A stretch of 64,000 nucleotides of DNA from an uncultured Chloroflexia bacterium (GCA_963703905.1 CAVPFY010000006.1:34918-98917); one strand, 5' to 3'. Shown: positions 1 through 13,916, numbered from the stretch's first letter. The notes: generated by a model not told the origin, from the letters alone. Program-made: numbers and translations.

Positions 1-308
1 CGCGCCGTGGTGAAGTCGCCGACGCGCTCCATCGACAGCAGGATGCGCCAGGCCGCCGCGATCAGGATGGCCGACGCTGGCGAAGCGGCCCAGGCCGTCG
101 GCCAGCGCCATCGTCTGGAAGTCGGGCGTGGCCGGGCGGGCAGCGCAGATGACCGCGGCCAACGCGCCCAACACGCCGACCAGGCTGAGCCAGCCCAGGA
201 CGCGCTTGTCTGGCGATCAGGCAGGTCAGCATCAGGATCGAGCAGCGCCGCGACCACCAGGACGATCAGCGGCGAGATGACGGGAAGATTGAGCGTCGGA
301 AAGGTCAT
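1..308 (-). CDS. nuoN: NADH-quinone oxidoreductase subunit N (5' part, truncated by window edge, frameshifted)
   Basis: ATG at 308 just after nuoM; hydrophobic N-terminus MTFPTLNLPVISPLIVLVVAALL; position in operon. Only about 100 codons are visible. Confidence 0.75.
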   Translation of the reverse strand, partial: MTFPTLNLPVISPLIVLVVAALLDPDADLPDRQTSASWAGSAWSACWARWPRSSALPARPRPTSRRWRWPTAWAASPASAILIAAAWRILLSMERVGDFTTA

Positions 309-369
309 AAGCGCTCACTTCAACGTACGCGGTCGCGTGAGACCATGCGATTGACGAACGTCACCTGCG

Positions 370-1934
370 TCACGGCATCCGTTCACGGCATTTGCTCAAC
401 CACCATCGTGACCGCCGGCGCGCTGCTGCAGCGCATCCGCCACCGCCTGCGCCGACGGGTTGATCTTGTCCAGGAACAGGTTCGGGAACAGGCCGATGAC
501 GAAGAACAGGATCGACGATCGGCACCAGGATCAGCACCTCGCGCCGGTTCAGGTCGGTGCACGTGCCGCGTTCTCCGGCTTGGTCAGCGGCCCCTGGAGC
601 ATCTGGCGGACGGCGCTGCAGCAGATACCAGGCGGCCAGGATGATGCCGAGCGTGCCGAAGACGGCGAAGGCGCGGATTGCGTCTGGAACGCGCCGAGCA
701 GGATGTTGAACTCGCCGACGAAGCCGTTCAGCCCCGGCAGCCCGGCCGACGACAGCGCCACGACGACGAACAGGAAGCCGAAGATCGGGATCTGCTTCCA
801 CAAGCCCGCCGAAGTCGGCCAGCAGGCGGGTGTGCCGCCGGTTGTAGAGCATGCCGACCAGCAGGAACAGGGCGCCGGTGCTCAGGCCGTGGTTGACCAT
901 CTGCAGGGTCGCGCCGGCGATCCCCTGCGCGTTCAGCGCGAAGATGCCGAGCATCACGAAGCCCAGGTGCGCCACCGACGAGTAGGCGACCAGCGACTTG
1001 ACATCCTTCTGCACCAGCGCCACCAGCGCGCCGTAGAGGATGCCGATGAGCGCCAGCGCCGCGATCCACGGCACGAACGTGATGCGTGGCCTCCGGGAAG
1101 AGCGGCAGGCAGAAGCGCACGAAGCCGTAGGTGCCCATCTTCAGCAGGACCGCGGCCAGGATCACCGAGCCGCCGGTCGGCGCTGCCACGTGGGCGTCGG
1201 GCAGCCAGGTGTGGAACGGGAAGATCGGCACCTTGATGGCAAAGGCCAGCGCAAACGCCAGGAAGAGCCAGATCTGCAGGTTCGGCGCCAGGCTGCATCT
1301 TCTGCAGCTGCCAGCAGGTCGAAGGTGCCGCCCTGGCAGTAGAGCACCAGGATGGCGACGAGCATCAGCGCGCTGCCGGCCAAGGTGTAGAGGAAGAACT
1401 TGAGCGCCGCGTAGATGCGCCACGGCATCGACCGGCCCAGGAAGTTGTAGGTGCCGTGCGGATCGCCCCAGCCGCCGATCAGGAAGTACATCGGGATCAG
1501 GGTCAGCTCCCAGAAGACGAAGAACAGCACCAGGTCGAGCGCCACGAAGACGCCGATCATGCCCGCTTCGAGCAGCAGCATGAGGAAGAGGTAGGACTTG
1601 CAGCCGCTGCTCGATCCCTTCCCAGGAGAAGATCAGCACCAGCACCGTGAGCAAGGTGGTCAGCAGCACCAGGAACAGGCTCAGGCCGTCGACGCCCACG
1701 AGGTACTGGATGTTGAACTGCGGCACCCACGGCACGCGCTCGACGAACTGCATGCCCGCCTCGCCGGTCTGCCACCAGACGAACAGCAGGCAGCGAGACG
1801 GCGAAGGTGGCCAGGCTGACCAGCAGCGCCCACCACTTCTGGAGGCTCGCTCGCCGCGGCAGGACCAGCAGGACCAGCCCGCCGACCAGCGGCAGGAAGA
1901 TGATGATCGAGAGCAACGGAAGATTGGGATTCAT
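370..1934 (-). CDS. nuoM: NADH-quinone oxidoreductase subunit M (operon 1; frameshifted)
   Basis: Motifs across frames: [71 protein letters not shown]. Confidence 0.95.
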
Positions 1935-1941
1935 GAGCTGC

Positions 1942-3922
1942 TCAGTCAGCCTCAGTTGACGCAGACTGGCTCGACCATCGCTCATCGTCATCGATCACCA
2001 GCCACGCCAGCAGCGCCACCGCGCCGAACAGGATCGACGAGCGCGTACAGCCCCACCATGCCGGTCTGCAGCCGGCGCGCCTGCGTGCCGACCCAGCCGG
2101 TCGACGCCGGCCAGCGCCGTTGACCGCGCCGTCGATGCCGCGCTGGTCGAACGGCGCCGGCGAACCAGCCGGACAGCGCCCGCAGCGGCTCGACGACGAC
2201 CTTGTTGTAGGCCTCGTCGACGTAGTACTTGTTCTCGACCAGCGTGGCGAACCAGCCCAGCGACTGCGCGCACGCGCTTCGGCAGCGTCGGTGTCCACGA
2301 CGTAGGCCCGGTAGGCCAGGTACGCGCCGCCGAGCGCGACCAGCGCCGACAGCGCCAGCAGCACCCACTCGATGGGCTAGCGCTGGCGTCCGCAGTTCGG
2401 ACGCGCTGTCCGCGGTGCGGCCTGCGAAGACCGGCTCCAGCCAGTGCTCGATCAGCGAGAGGCGCGGCACGCCGAGGTAGCCGGCCAGCGCCGCGCCGAT
2501 CGCCAGGATGATCAGCGGGACGGTCATGACGCGCGGCGACTCGTGCGCGTGGCTGAACAGCTTCTTGTCCCGCTCCTGCCCCCAGAACGGCACGAACACC
2601 GCCCGGAAGGAGTAGATCGCGGTCAGGACCGCAGTGATCGAAGCCGACGAGCCACAACAGCAGCGGCGACTTCAGCCAGGCGTAACCAGAGGATTTCATC
2701 CTTGCTGAAGAAGCCGGAGAGGAGCGGGATGCCTGCCAGCGCGGCCGCGCCGATCAGGAAGGTCCAGTAGGTCGTCGGCATCTTCGCGCGCAGGTTGCCC
2801 ATCTTGCGGATGTCCAGCTCGCCGTGCAGCGCGTGCATCACGCTGCCGGCGCCCAGGAACAAGCAGCGCCTTGAAGAAGGCGTGCGTCATCAGGTGGAAG
2901 ATGCCCGCGCCATAGGCGCCCACGCCCACGGCCAGGAACATGAAGCCGAGCTGCGAGATGGTGGAATAGGCCAGGATGCGCTTGAGGTCGGTCTGCGTCA
3001 GCGCGATGGTCGCGGCAAAGAGCGCGGTCGACCACGCCGATCGACCGCCACCCAGATGCCCGCTGGTCGGCGCCAGGCCGAAGAGCACGGCCGGAGCGGG
3101 CGATCATGTAGACGCCGGCGGTCACCATGGTCGCGGCATGGATCAGGGCCGAGACCGGGGTGGGGCCTTCCATCGCGTCGGGCAGCCAGACGAAGAGCGG
3201 GATCTGCGCGCTCTTGCCGGTGGCCGCCAGCAGCATCAGCAGGGTCACGGCGATCGGCGACGCGCGCTGCCCACGGCCCACGGCCTGCGGCGCCGTCGCG
3301 AAGACCTCGGTGAATTGCAGCGTGCCCAGGCTCGTCCAGATGAACATGATCGCCAGCAGCCAGGCCGAAGTCGCCGATGCGGTTGACGAGGAATGCCTTC
3401 TTGCCGGCATCCGCCGCCGAGGGCTTCTCGAACCAGAAGCCGATCAGCAGGTAGGAAGCCAGGCCGACGCCTTCCCAGCCGACGTAACAGCAGCAGGTAG
3501 TTGTTGGCCAGCACCAGCGTCAGCATCATCAGGATGAAGAAGTTCAGGTAGGCGAAGAAGCGCGGGTAGCGCGCGTCGTCGTGCATGTAGCCGACGGAGT
3601 AGACGTGGATCAGGAAGCCGATGCCGGTGACGACCAGCGCCATGGTGATGGAGAGCTGGTCGATCAGCAGCGCGATGTCGACCTGGAAGTCTGCCGGCGA
3701 TCATCCACTGACCACAGCACGACCTCGTGGCTGCGCTCCTCGGCGGGCAGGCCCAGCATGCTGGACGAACATCGCCGACCGCCACGCGCGAAGCTCAGCA
3801 GCACCATCGCCGGCGCCAGCAAGCCGACGACGCGCCGGCCCAGCCGCGTGCCGAAGAAGGCGATGATCAGCGAGTCCCCAGCGCGGGGAACAACAAGCAT
3901 CAACCAGGCAGTAATCAAGCAT
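1942..3922 (-). CDS. nuoL: NADH-quinone oxidoreductase subunit L (operon 1; frameshifted)
   Basis: [95 protein letters not shown]. Confidence 0.95.
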
Positions 3923-3937
3923 GAGAACTCTCCAGGT

Positions 3938-4241
3938 CTAACCCTTCAGCAGGTTCACATCCTCGATGTTCGTCGTGTCCTTGTGCCGGACGACCGTCAT
4001 CACGATGGCCAGGCCGACGGCGACCTCGGCGGCGGCGACGACCATCGCCATCAGCACGAAGATCTGGCCGTTCAGGTCCAGGAAGTGACGCGCCAGCGCG
4101 GCGAAGGTCAGGTTGACGGCGTTGAGCATCATCTCGACCGACATGAAGATGATCAGCACGTTGCGCCGGATCAGCACGCCGAACGCGCCGATGGCGAAGA
4201 GGATGGCGCTGAGGACCAGATAGTAAGCTGGTCGGGACCAT
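3938..4241 (-). CDS. nuoK: NADH-quinone oxidoreductase subunit K (operon 1)
   Basis: GVLIRRNVLIIFMSVEMMLNAVN and VAAAEVAVGLAIV. Confidence 0.95.
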
Positions 4242-4256
4242 CGATCGACAACCTCA

Positions 4257-4797
4257 GGCGATGAGCGCTCAATCGGGCGGCGCGCGCCAGCACCACCGCC
4301 CCGATCATGCCGACCAGCAGCAGGACCGACGTGAGCTCGAAGGGCAGCAGATAGTCGGTGTAGAGCACCGTGCCGATCGCCTGAACGCTGCCGCGCGCCG
4401 AAGGCCGCCGCGCTGCCCTGGACCGGGTTGAGCTGCCCGGCGACGAGGCCATAGCCGACGCCGGCCAGCAAGCAGCACGGCCAGCACGATCGCCGGCGAT
4501 CCGCGGCCACGGCCGACCCGGCATGCCGAGATGGCCGTGCTCGAGCCGGGCATGTCGGTCAAGCTCGCCGCCGCCGATGAGCATGACCACGAACAGGAAC
4601 AGCACGACGATCGCGCCGGCATAGACGATGACCTGCACCGCGGCCAGGAACTGCGCCTGAAGCATGATGTACAGCGCCGCCAGCGTGCCGAAGTTGACCA
4701 GCAGGAACAGCGCGCTGTACACCGGCTTGCGGCTCAGGATCACGCCCAACCGCGGCGACGATGGCGATCAGGCGAAGACGATGAACAGGACAGCATG
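4257..4797 (-). CDS. nuoJ: NADH-quinone oxidoreductase subunit J (operon 1; frameshifted)
   Basis: KPVYSALFL, AQFLAAVQVIVYAGAIVVLFLFVVML, YLLPFELTSVLLLVGMIGAVVL. Confidence 0.93.
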
Positions 4798-4799
4798 CC

Positions 4800-5333
4800 T
4801 CGCCTCGGCTTCAGGCGTAGATGAGCCAGGTCTCGTATCAGCGGCCTTATTCCGCCCGCACAATCACGTTCGGCACGTCCGGATTCAGCAACTCCTCTTT
4901 CGTCCAGCAGGAACCCATCCCGGTTGTAGACGGCCAGCTCGAAATCGTGGCCCAGCACAATGGCCTCCACCGGGCAGGCGGTCTCGCAGTCGCCGCAGAA
5001 GACGCAGCGCATCAGGTTGACCTCGTAGACCCTGGCGTAGCGCTCGCCGGGGCTGACCGGGTTGTGCCGGATCATTCTCCGCCGCCTCGACGTGGATGGC
5101 GCCCGGTCGGGCAGGCCGCCTCGCACAGACAGCAGCCGATGCAGCGTTCCAGGCCGTTCTCGTAGCGCCGCAGCTCGTGGCGCGCCCGGAAGCGCGGGTA
5201 GACCGCGATCGGCTGCTCCGGGTATTGCACGGTGAGCGGCTTGGTGAAACAGCGCCTTCAGCGTACGCCCATGGCCTTCGGCGATCTCGCCGACGTCCCT
5301 CGATGACATCGACATCACTGCACACTCAGCCAT
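4800..5333 (-). CDS. nuoI: NADH-quinone oxidoreductase subunit I (2x[4Fe-4S]; frameshifted)
   Basis: [26 protein letters not shown] and [23 protein letters not shown]. Confidence 0.93.
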
Positions 5334-5348
5334 ACATCGTCATCACCG

Positions 5349-6373
5349 TCAGCGTCTACTGCAACAACACCACTGCACACCGCCGTGATCGCCAGGTAGA
5401 TCAGCGCCAGCGGGAAGCAGGAACGTCCAGCAGAACCGCAGCAGTTGGTCGTACCGCGGCCGGGGCACGCTGGCGCTCACCCAGATGAACAGGAAGACCA
5501 GGGCGAGGACCTTGCCGACGAAGTAGACCGGCCCCAGGATCGGGACCTGGTCCACGAACGGCCCGCGCCAGCCGCCGAAGAACAGCGTGACGGCCACGAC
5601 CGCTGGCGCCCAGGATGTGCAGGTATTCGGTCATGTAGAACAGCGCGAACTTGATGCTGCCGTACTCGGTCTGGAACCGGCCACCAGCTCGTTTTCGGTC
5701 TCGGGGAAGTCGAACGGGCTTGCGGCTGGTCTCGGCCAGCATGGTGATGAAGAAGAACGGGAAGGCCAGCAGCAGCCAGACCCGGAAATACCAGGGCACC
5801 GGGACGATGGGCGTGACGATCTGGTTCAGGCTCAGCGTGCCGTACACCAGCAGCACGCGCGATGAGCAGGATGCCCATCGGCAGCTCGTAGGAGAGCATC
5901 TGCGCGCTGGTGCGCAGCGCGCCGAGCAGCGAGTACTTGTTGTTGCTGGCCCAGCCGCCCAGGATGATGCCATACGTGCCGACGCCCGCCACCGCCAGCA
6001 CCCACAGGACGCCGATGTTGACGTCGGCCACCACCAGCGGGATCTTCGTGCCGAACAGGGTGATGGTCGGGCCGACGGGAATGACCGCGAAGATGAGCAG
6101 CGCCGGCACGATCGCCAGCGCCGGGCCCAGCACGAACAGGATCTTGTCGACGTGTAGCCGGGGATGATCTCTTCCTTGAAGATCATCTTGAGCGCGTCGG
6201 CAATCGGATGCCCCAGGCCGAACTTCCAGGCCCGGTTCGGGCCGATGCGCAGCTGGAACCGGCCGATCAGCTTGCGCTCGAACCAGGTCAGATACGCGAA
6301 GCCGGTCAGCAGCACCACGACCAGGACGATCGACTTGATGGCCGGAATGATGAATCAGATTGATCCAGTCCAT
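5349..6373 (-). CDS. nuoH: NADH-quinone oxidoreductase subunit H (operon 1; frameshifted)
   Basis: TWFERKLIGRFQLRIGPNR, IADALKMIFKEE, WASNNKYSLLGALR..AQMLSYE, AETSR.PFD, PRPRYDQL. Confidence 0.95.
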
Positions 6374-6387
6374 GCCGCTAGTCCTGT

Positions 6388-9144
6388 TCAGTCGAAGTTG
6401 AAGTGTTGAAGGTCAGGATCGCCTACATTCGCATGCACTTGCATCGTACCAGCACCGGTTCGCCGCGGCCTGCGCCCAGCGTCTCCGCCGGGCGCGCCGG
6501 TCAGGCCGGACGGAATCCAGGCTGTGCCGGGCTGCACCGAGGCATCGGCCCGCAGCGCCAGCAGCAGCTTCGTGTCGCCGGCGACGTCACGACGACCTCG
6601 GTGCCTTCGGTCAGGCCGGCCGCCGGCCAGGTCGGCGGGATTCAACGGCAACGAACGGCGCAGGCGCCAGCGTTGCGCACCTGCTTCGGCGCCGTGCGCA
6701 TGAACGCGCCGCCATCCCACAGCACCGGGCCGCTCACCAGCCAGATAGCTGCCCGGCCGGCGCCGCCGAGCGACTGGCGACCTCGAGACCGGCTCGCACG
6801 CGGCTGCGCCGGCCGCGCCAGTGCGCTCGGCGGGCCATTGCAGGCCGCCGTCGCCCAGCGTCTCCCAGCGGATGTCCGGCGTAGGCCGGCACGGCCTTGC
6901 CGATCTCTTCCAGCACGTCGCCGACGCGTGGGGTAGTTCCAGGGCTTGGGCGACCGGCCCGGCCTTGGCCTGCTGCTTCTTGCGCTTCCAGTCAGGCGGC
7001 TTGACGACGGAACCTGCTGCGCGCGTTCCGCCTGGGCTGCGACGGTTGCCGGCTCAATGCCGTCGGTCATGCCACATCTCGGCCAGCGTCGGCCAGGATC
7101 TGCCCAATCGGCGCGGCTCTCGCCCACGGCTCGCTGGATGCCCTGCGGCCCGCGCTGGACGCGGCGCTCCAGGTTGGTGTAGGTGCCATCAGCTTCGGCG
7201 AAGCTGGTCGCGGGCAGCACCACGTCGGCCAGCTGCGCCGTCTCGGTCAGGAAGAGGTCCTGCACGACCAGGAAATCCAGCCTGCGCAGCGCCTCGGCGG
7301 CCCGGCTGGCACGGCGGCCGGGTTCGCGCCCATCACGAACAGCGCCCGCACGCCGCCCGCCACCATCTGCTGATAGGACAGGCCCGGCTCGGCGGGCGGC
7401 TGCGACGCCCCACAGCTTGCCCAGGCGCTCGCGCACGGCCGCATCGCCGACCGGCAGCTGGCCGGGCAAGCGTATCGGGCAGCACGCCCATGTCGCGCGC
7501 GCCCTGGCTGTTCGCCTCCGCGCCCGACGTAGGCCAGCTGGTCGCCGCTGACCCAGCAGCATGCGCCAGGTTGCTCAGCGCGGCCACGGCCAGCGCGGCC
7601 GCGCTCGCCGCGTGCCGCCTCCGGCCCGTAGATGAAGAGCGGCGATTTGGCGCCGGTGCAGGAGCTCGACGGCAGCCGCCGAGTCGGCCGGCGACAGGCA
7701 CCCGGATCTGCCGGCCGCAACGCTCCGGCTGCTATCCGAGCGCCTGGTCGCCCATGGCTCTTCCTGATTCGCCTCGGGCTGGTCCGCCGCCTGAATCGGC
7801 CGACAGCCAGGCTCATTGAGCGCGCACCGCTTCGTTGCCCGGCAGCACGCGGCAGATACGCGCCCTTCCTGGCTCGGGATACGTATAACGCGCCAGCTCG
7901 ATGCGCCGCGGGTTGATGATCAGCAGCTTGGCGCCCGCGCCGCGGCACGGCGCGCTTGATGTGCAGGTCGAGCACCGGCGCCGCCTCGCTCGGATCGAAG
8001 CCGACCAGCACGATCAGGTCGCTCTTGGCGATGTCGGCGATGGCCGGACAGCCCCGTGGCGATGCGCCCGCACGGCCGAGCCATCCGGGAAGTCCACGTT
8101 GTTGCGTGCCGACCAGCGCCCGGAAGAACTTCTGGAACAGATAGGCCGCCTCGTTGCTGACCCGCGCCGAGGCGACGCCGCCGACCGCGCTCGGCGCCGC
8201 TGTGCCTCAGCGATCGCGCTCCAGCGCCTCGACGATCCGGCGCCAGCGCCTCATCCCAGGTCGCCGGCCGCAGCTCGCCGCTCCTCGCGCACCAGCGGCG
8301 TCGTCGAGCCGCTCCGGATGATCCACGTACTGGTGCAGGAAGCGGCCCTTGTCGCAGATCCACTCGTCGTTGACCGCCATGTTCTCGCGGGCCACGATGC
8401 GGCGCAGCGCGTGCGACGCGCTCGTCCAGCCGCAGGTTGCAGCCGACCGGGCAGTGGGTGCAGACGCTGGGCGTCTTCTTGATCTCCCAGGGCCGGTAGC
8501 GGAAGCGGGCCACGCGGTTGGTCAGCGCGCCCACCGGGCAGATGTCGATGATGTTGCCCGAGGTCTTGGCGTCCACCGGCTGGCCGGGGAAGATGTCGAT
8601 GACCGTCTCGCCGCCGCGCTCGAACAGGCCGAGCTGCGGCTTGTCTTCCCACTCTTCCAGGTAGCGGATGCAGCGCCAGCACAGGATGCAGCGCTCCTGG
8701 TCGAGCATGATCAGGTCGCTGATCGGGTAGTGCTTCTGCTTGTGGCGCTTCGGCTCGACGAACTGGCTGACGCCCGGCCCGTACTCCATCGTCTGATCCT
8801 GCAGCGGGCACTCGCCGCCCTTGTCGCAGATGGGGCAGTCGAGCGGGTGGTTGATCAGGATGAAGCCCAGGTTGGCCTCGCGCACCGTGCTTCACCTGCT
8901 CGCGTGTCGGTGCGGACGACCATCCCTTCGCTCACGCGCACGGTGCAGGCGGTGTCCAGCCGGCTGCCGCGTGGGCCGGCGAATTCCACCAGGCACATGC
9001 GGCACGCGCCCAGCGGGTCGAGCTTGGGGTGCGAGCAGAAGACCGGAATCTCGATGCCGGCCGCTTGGCGGCATCCACCACCAGCGTCCCCGCGGGCACG
9101 GCTACTTTGCTGTCATCAATGGTCAGGTTGACCAGATCAGGCAT
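6388..9144 (-). CDS. nuoG: NADH-quinone oxidoreductase subunit G (frameshifted)
   Basis: [57 protein letters not shown] (N7 cluster motif), and the molybdopterin-fold tail [29 protein letters not shown]. Confidence 0.93.
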
Positions 9145-9146
9145 AG

Positions 9147-11123
9147 CTAGATCCTCGGATCTTCAGGATATCGTCGCGTGACCGCTAACGCCGCACCGTC
9201 GGCGCGTTGAACTGCTCTTCCATGCGGCAGCTCGGGCGTCGTCACGCCCGACGGCACGCCGGCATCGGGCCGGTAGATCGGGCCGCACCGGGATGACCGG
9301 CTGTCTCGCTGGCCGCGGCGATGGCCGCATCGAACTCGGGCCGGAACTTGGCCAGGTTGCTCTGCAGGCCCCAGACGGCCGCGTAGCCGAACGGGCAGAA
9401 GCTCTTGCCGCCGATCATGTCGGCGATGTAGAGCATCAGGGCAGATGTCTTCGACGCGGCCCTCGCCGTGCTCGATGCGCTCCAGGATGTCCTCCAGCCA
9501 GCCGGTGCCCTCGCGACACGGCGTGCACTTGCCGCAGCTCTCCTCGCGGTAGAAGGCCAGCGTGCGCCGGGCCACCTCGACCATGCTCTGGTTCTGCGCC
9601 GATGACGATCACCGCGGCCGAGCCCAGGCTCGAGCCGGCCTTCGGCGAGGCTCTCGATAGTCCAGCGGCGTGTCGAGTTGGCTGGCATCGAGCAGCTGCA
9701 TCGACAGGCCGCCGGGGACGACCGCCTTCAGCTCGCCCGCATCCTCGGTCAGCCCGCCGCCGTAGTCGTAGATCAGCTCGCGCAGCGTGGTGCCGTGCGG
9801 CAGCTCGTACAGGCCGGGATACTTCACCTGGCCGCTGAGGCAGAAGATGCGGAAGCCGGTGCTCTGCGCGGTGCCCCACTGCTTGTACCAGTCCGCGCCG
9901 TGGCGCAGGACGTGCGGCACGTTGGCGATCGTCTCGACGTTGTTGACGATGGTCGGCTTGGCGTAGAGGCCCTCGACCGCCGGGAAGGGCGGCTTGAGGC
10001 GCGGATGGCCGCGGTAACCTTCCAGCGAGGTGAGCAGCGCGGTTTCTTCGCCGCACTCGTAGGCGCCCGCGCCACGATGGACGACGACCTCCAGGTTCTT
10101 GCCGCGTGCCGAAGATGTTCTCGCCCAGGAAGCCCTTGGCCTCGGCCTCGGCGATGGCGCCTTCCAGCCGCTCGCGCCGCGAAGTAGTACTCGCCGCGGA
10201 CGTAGATGAAGGCCCGCTCCGCCTCGATGGCATAGCGCGGCCAGGATGATCCCCTCGACCAACTGGTGGGGATCGTACTCCATGATCATGCGGTCTTTGA
10301 AGGTGCCCGGCTCCGACTCGTCGGCGTTGACGACCAGGTAGCGCGGATACGTGCCCGCCGGGCAGGAAGCTCCACTTCTGGCCGGCAGGGAAACCCGCGC
10401 CGCCGCGGCCGCGCACGTTGGCGGCCTTCATCTCGTCGATCACCTGTGCCGGCGTCTTGCCGCCCGTCAGGACGCTGCGCGCCGTCTCGTAGCCGCCGTC
10501 GGCGATGTAGGTGTCGATCTTGTGCGAATCGGGCTTGTCCACGCGGCCCAGCAGGAAGTTGGTCTCCGGCTTGCCGCCGTGGCGGATAGGGGCCGAGCGG
10601 CCAGCGCTCGCACGTGTCGAACCCCTGGCCCGACGGCGATCAGCGCCAGCGCCTCGTCCACTTCTTCGGGCGTGTCCAGCTCCTCGAAGTAGCGGATCTT
10701 GCCCGTGGCCTTCTCGGTGCACATGAACATCGGCGCGGTGGCGCACGACGCCCAGGCACTCGACGTGGCCCAGGGTGAACCGGCCATCGGCGGTCGTCTC
10801 GCCGAAATCGATGCCCAGCCGCTCCTTCAGCGCACTCGGCCAGCTGGCCGGAGCCGCGCAGCATGCACGGCACGTTGGTGCAGACCTCGATGTGGTACTG
10901 CCCCGGCTCGCGGTGCGTGTTGCAGCATGTGGTAGAAGCTGGCGAACTCGCCGACTTCGGTCGACATCCAGGCCGAACAGCTCGGCCACCTCGGCCATGA
11001 CTTCGGGCGGCAGCCAGCCGACCTCGCGCTGGGCCACGTACAGCGCCGGGCCCAGCGCCGAGCGGGCCACGGGATAACGGGCCTGCAAGGCCCGGATTTC
11101 AGCTTTAGCTTTTCGGAAAGCAC
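9147..11123 (-). CDS. nuoEF: NADH-quinone oxidoreductase subunits E and F, apparently fused (NuoEF; frameshifted)
   Basis: NuoE: YPVARSAL, SFYHM, IEVCTNVPCMLRG, VECLGSCATAPM. NuoF: VRGRGGAGFP, GAGAYECGEETAL..SLEG.RG.PRLKPPFP, NNVET, ESCGKCTPCREG, KSFCPFG. No stop, SD or start seen between the two parts. Confidence 0.85.
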
Positions 11124-11166
11124 TCAGTCCTCCGAGAAAGCAGTCGAACGGTCTACCTGTCTACCT

Positions 11167-12939
11167 CTACCGATCCACATCCCCCAACACAATATCAATC
11201 GTCCCGATGATCACGACCAGATCGGCGATGAGGCCGCCGCGTGCCATCGTGTTCGGTGGCCTGCAGGTTGACGAACGACGGCGTGCGCACGTGCAGCCGG
11301 TAGGGATGGCCGTGCCGTCGCTGACCAGATAGAAGCCCAGTCTCGCCTTGCGGGCTCTTCGACGCACTCGTACACCTCGCCCTTGGGCGGCGATGAAGCC
11401 CTCGGTCATCAGCTTGAAGTGGTGGATCACCGCCTCCATGCTGGTGTCGAGCTCCTGCCGGGGCGGCAGCGCCATCTTGCGGTCGGCCGTCCACACCGGG
11501 CCATCGGGCAGGTTCTCCAGGGCCTGCTCGATGATGCGCAGGCTCTGGCGCATCTCTTCGACGCGCACCAGGTAGCGGGCGTAGGTGTCGCCCTCGGTCG
11601 CGGTCGGGACCTTGAAGTCGTAGTTTTCGTAGCCGCTGTAGGGCCGCGCCTTGCGATAGTCGAAGGCCAGGCCGCGTGGCGCGCAGCATCGGGCCGGTGA
11701 CGCCCAGCGCCAGCGCTTGCTGCCGCGGTCAGCTTGCCGATCGCCGACGGTGCGCGCCTGCCACACCGGGTTGTCGGTGACCATGCGCTCGTATTCGTCG
11801 ATGCGCCTCGGGAATGATCCGCAGCACATCCTGCACCCGGTCCGCGAAGCTGGGCGGCACGTCCTTCCAGACGCCGCCGGGGCGGATGTACGAGAGTGGT
11901 CAGGCGCGCGCCGCTGACCAGCTCGAAGATGTCGAGGATCTGCTCGCGCTCGCGGAAGGCGTACATCAGCAGCGCATGGCTGACGCCCGAGGCGTCCATG
12001 ACGTGCGTGCCCAGCCAGACCAGGTGCGAGGCCAGGCGCTGCAGCTCGGCCATGATGACGCGGATCACCTGCGCGCGCTGCGGGATCTCGACGCCCATCA
12101 GCTTCTCGACCGCCAGCGCAGTAGCCCAGGTTGTTGCTCATGGACGAGACGTAGTCCATGCGATCGGTGTAGGGCGGTGAAGTCCTTGTAGCGGATCGTC
12201 TCGCCCTGCTTCTCGAAGCCGGAGTGGAGGTAGCCGATGTCGGGATAGACCGCCACGACCGTCTCGCCGTCCAGCTCCACGATCACGCGCAAGCACGCCG
12301 TGCGTCGACGGGATGCTGCGGCCCCATGTTGAGGATCATGTGCTGGTTGGCGTCGGCCTGCTTGGGCGGCACCTGCGGCACGGCCTTCGCCTCGACGATC
12401 TGCTTGCCGAAGGACTCGAACTCCTCGTCCTCCCAGGTCATCGAGAAGGGCACCGGCTCGCCGCCGCGCGGGCACATCCTTGCGCAGCGGATGATTGGGC
12501 CAGTCGAGCGGCATCAGGATGCGGCGCAGGTCGGGATGGCCGTCGAACTTGATGCCCATCAGGTCGTAGACCTCGCGCTCGGGCCAGTTGGCGCCGGGCC
12601 AGAGGCCGGTGAGCGTGGGCACGACTGGGTTGTCGCCGCCCGGCGCCGGCACCTTGAGTCGCAGCCGCTGGCCGCTGGCTCGTGGAGACGCAGGTGATAG
12701 ATGGCGGTGAAACGCTCCTTGCCGTCGTAGCCTGGATAGCTGGCTCCAGTCCACCGCGGTCAGGTTGGCCAGATGATCGAAGCGCAGCTCCGGATCATCG
12801 CGCAGAAGCGCGCCACCGGCGACCAGGTCTTGCGGCCGGACGGTCACCGTCGTCTCGCCGCGGAACTCGTATCCGCGCTGGATCGCACTCGCTGGACTGT
12901 CGCACTGGAGCTTCTCGACCGCTGGAGAGTTGTCTGCGG

Positions 12940-12943
<4 letters not shown>
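11167..12943 (-). CDS. nuoCD: NADH-quinone oxidoreductase subunits C/D, fused (frameshifted)
   Basis: NuoC: [32 protein letters not shown], continuing without a stop into NuoD: [66 protein letters not shown]. Confidence 0.9.
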
Positions 12944-13512
<569 letters not shown>

Positions 13513-13558
13513 GACTTCGTACGCGTCCGAATGTTTCAACGTACCGAACGTTACGCAT

Positions 13559-13916
13559 TCACTGCCACTTGAACGCGTCGTTCTTCCAGGCGTAGACGAA
13601 GCCGACCAGCAGGATCACGAGGAAGATCGCCATCTCGACCAGCCCGAACACGCCCAGCTTGCGCGCCGACACCGCCCAGGGGTACATCAGGATGACTTCA
13701 ACGTCGAACAGGATGAAGAGGACGGCGATGACGTAGAACTGGACGGGGAACCGGCGCTTGGCATCGCCGAAGGGCAGGATGCCGGATTCGTAGGCTTCAT
13801 TCTTGGCGCGGTTGTACCGCCTCGGGCCCAAGGAGCGCCGAGACGATCAGCGCGATGACGGCAAACGCACCCGCGACGACAACCATCACCAGAATCGGCA
13901 GATAGCCTTCAGGCAT
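13559..13916 (-). CDS. nuoA: NADH-quinone oxidoreductase subunit A (operon 1; one frameshift)
   Basis: MPEGYLPILVMVVVAG.., AYESG, QFYVIAVLFILFDVEVILMYPWAV. Confidence 0.95.
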
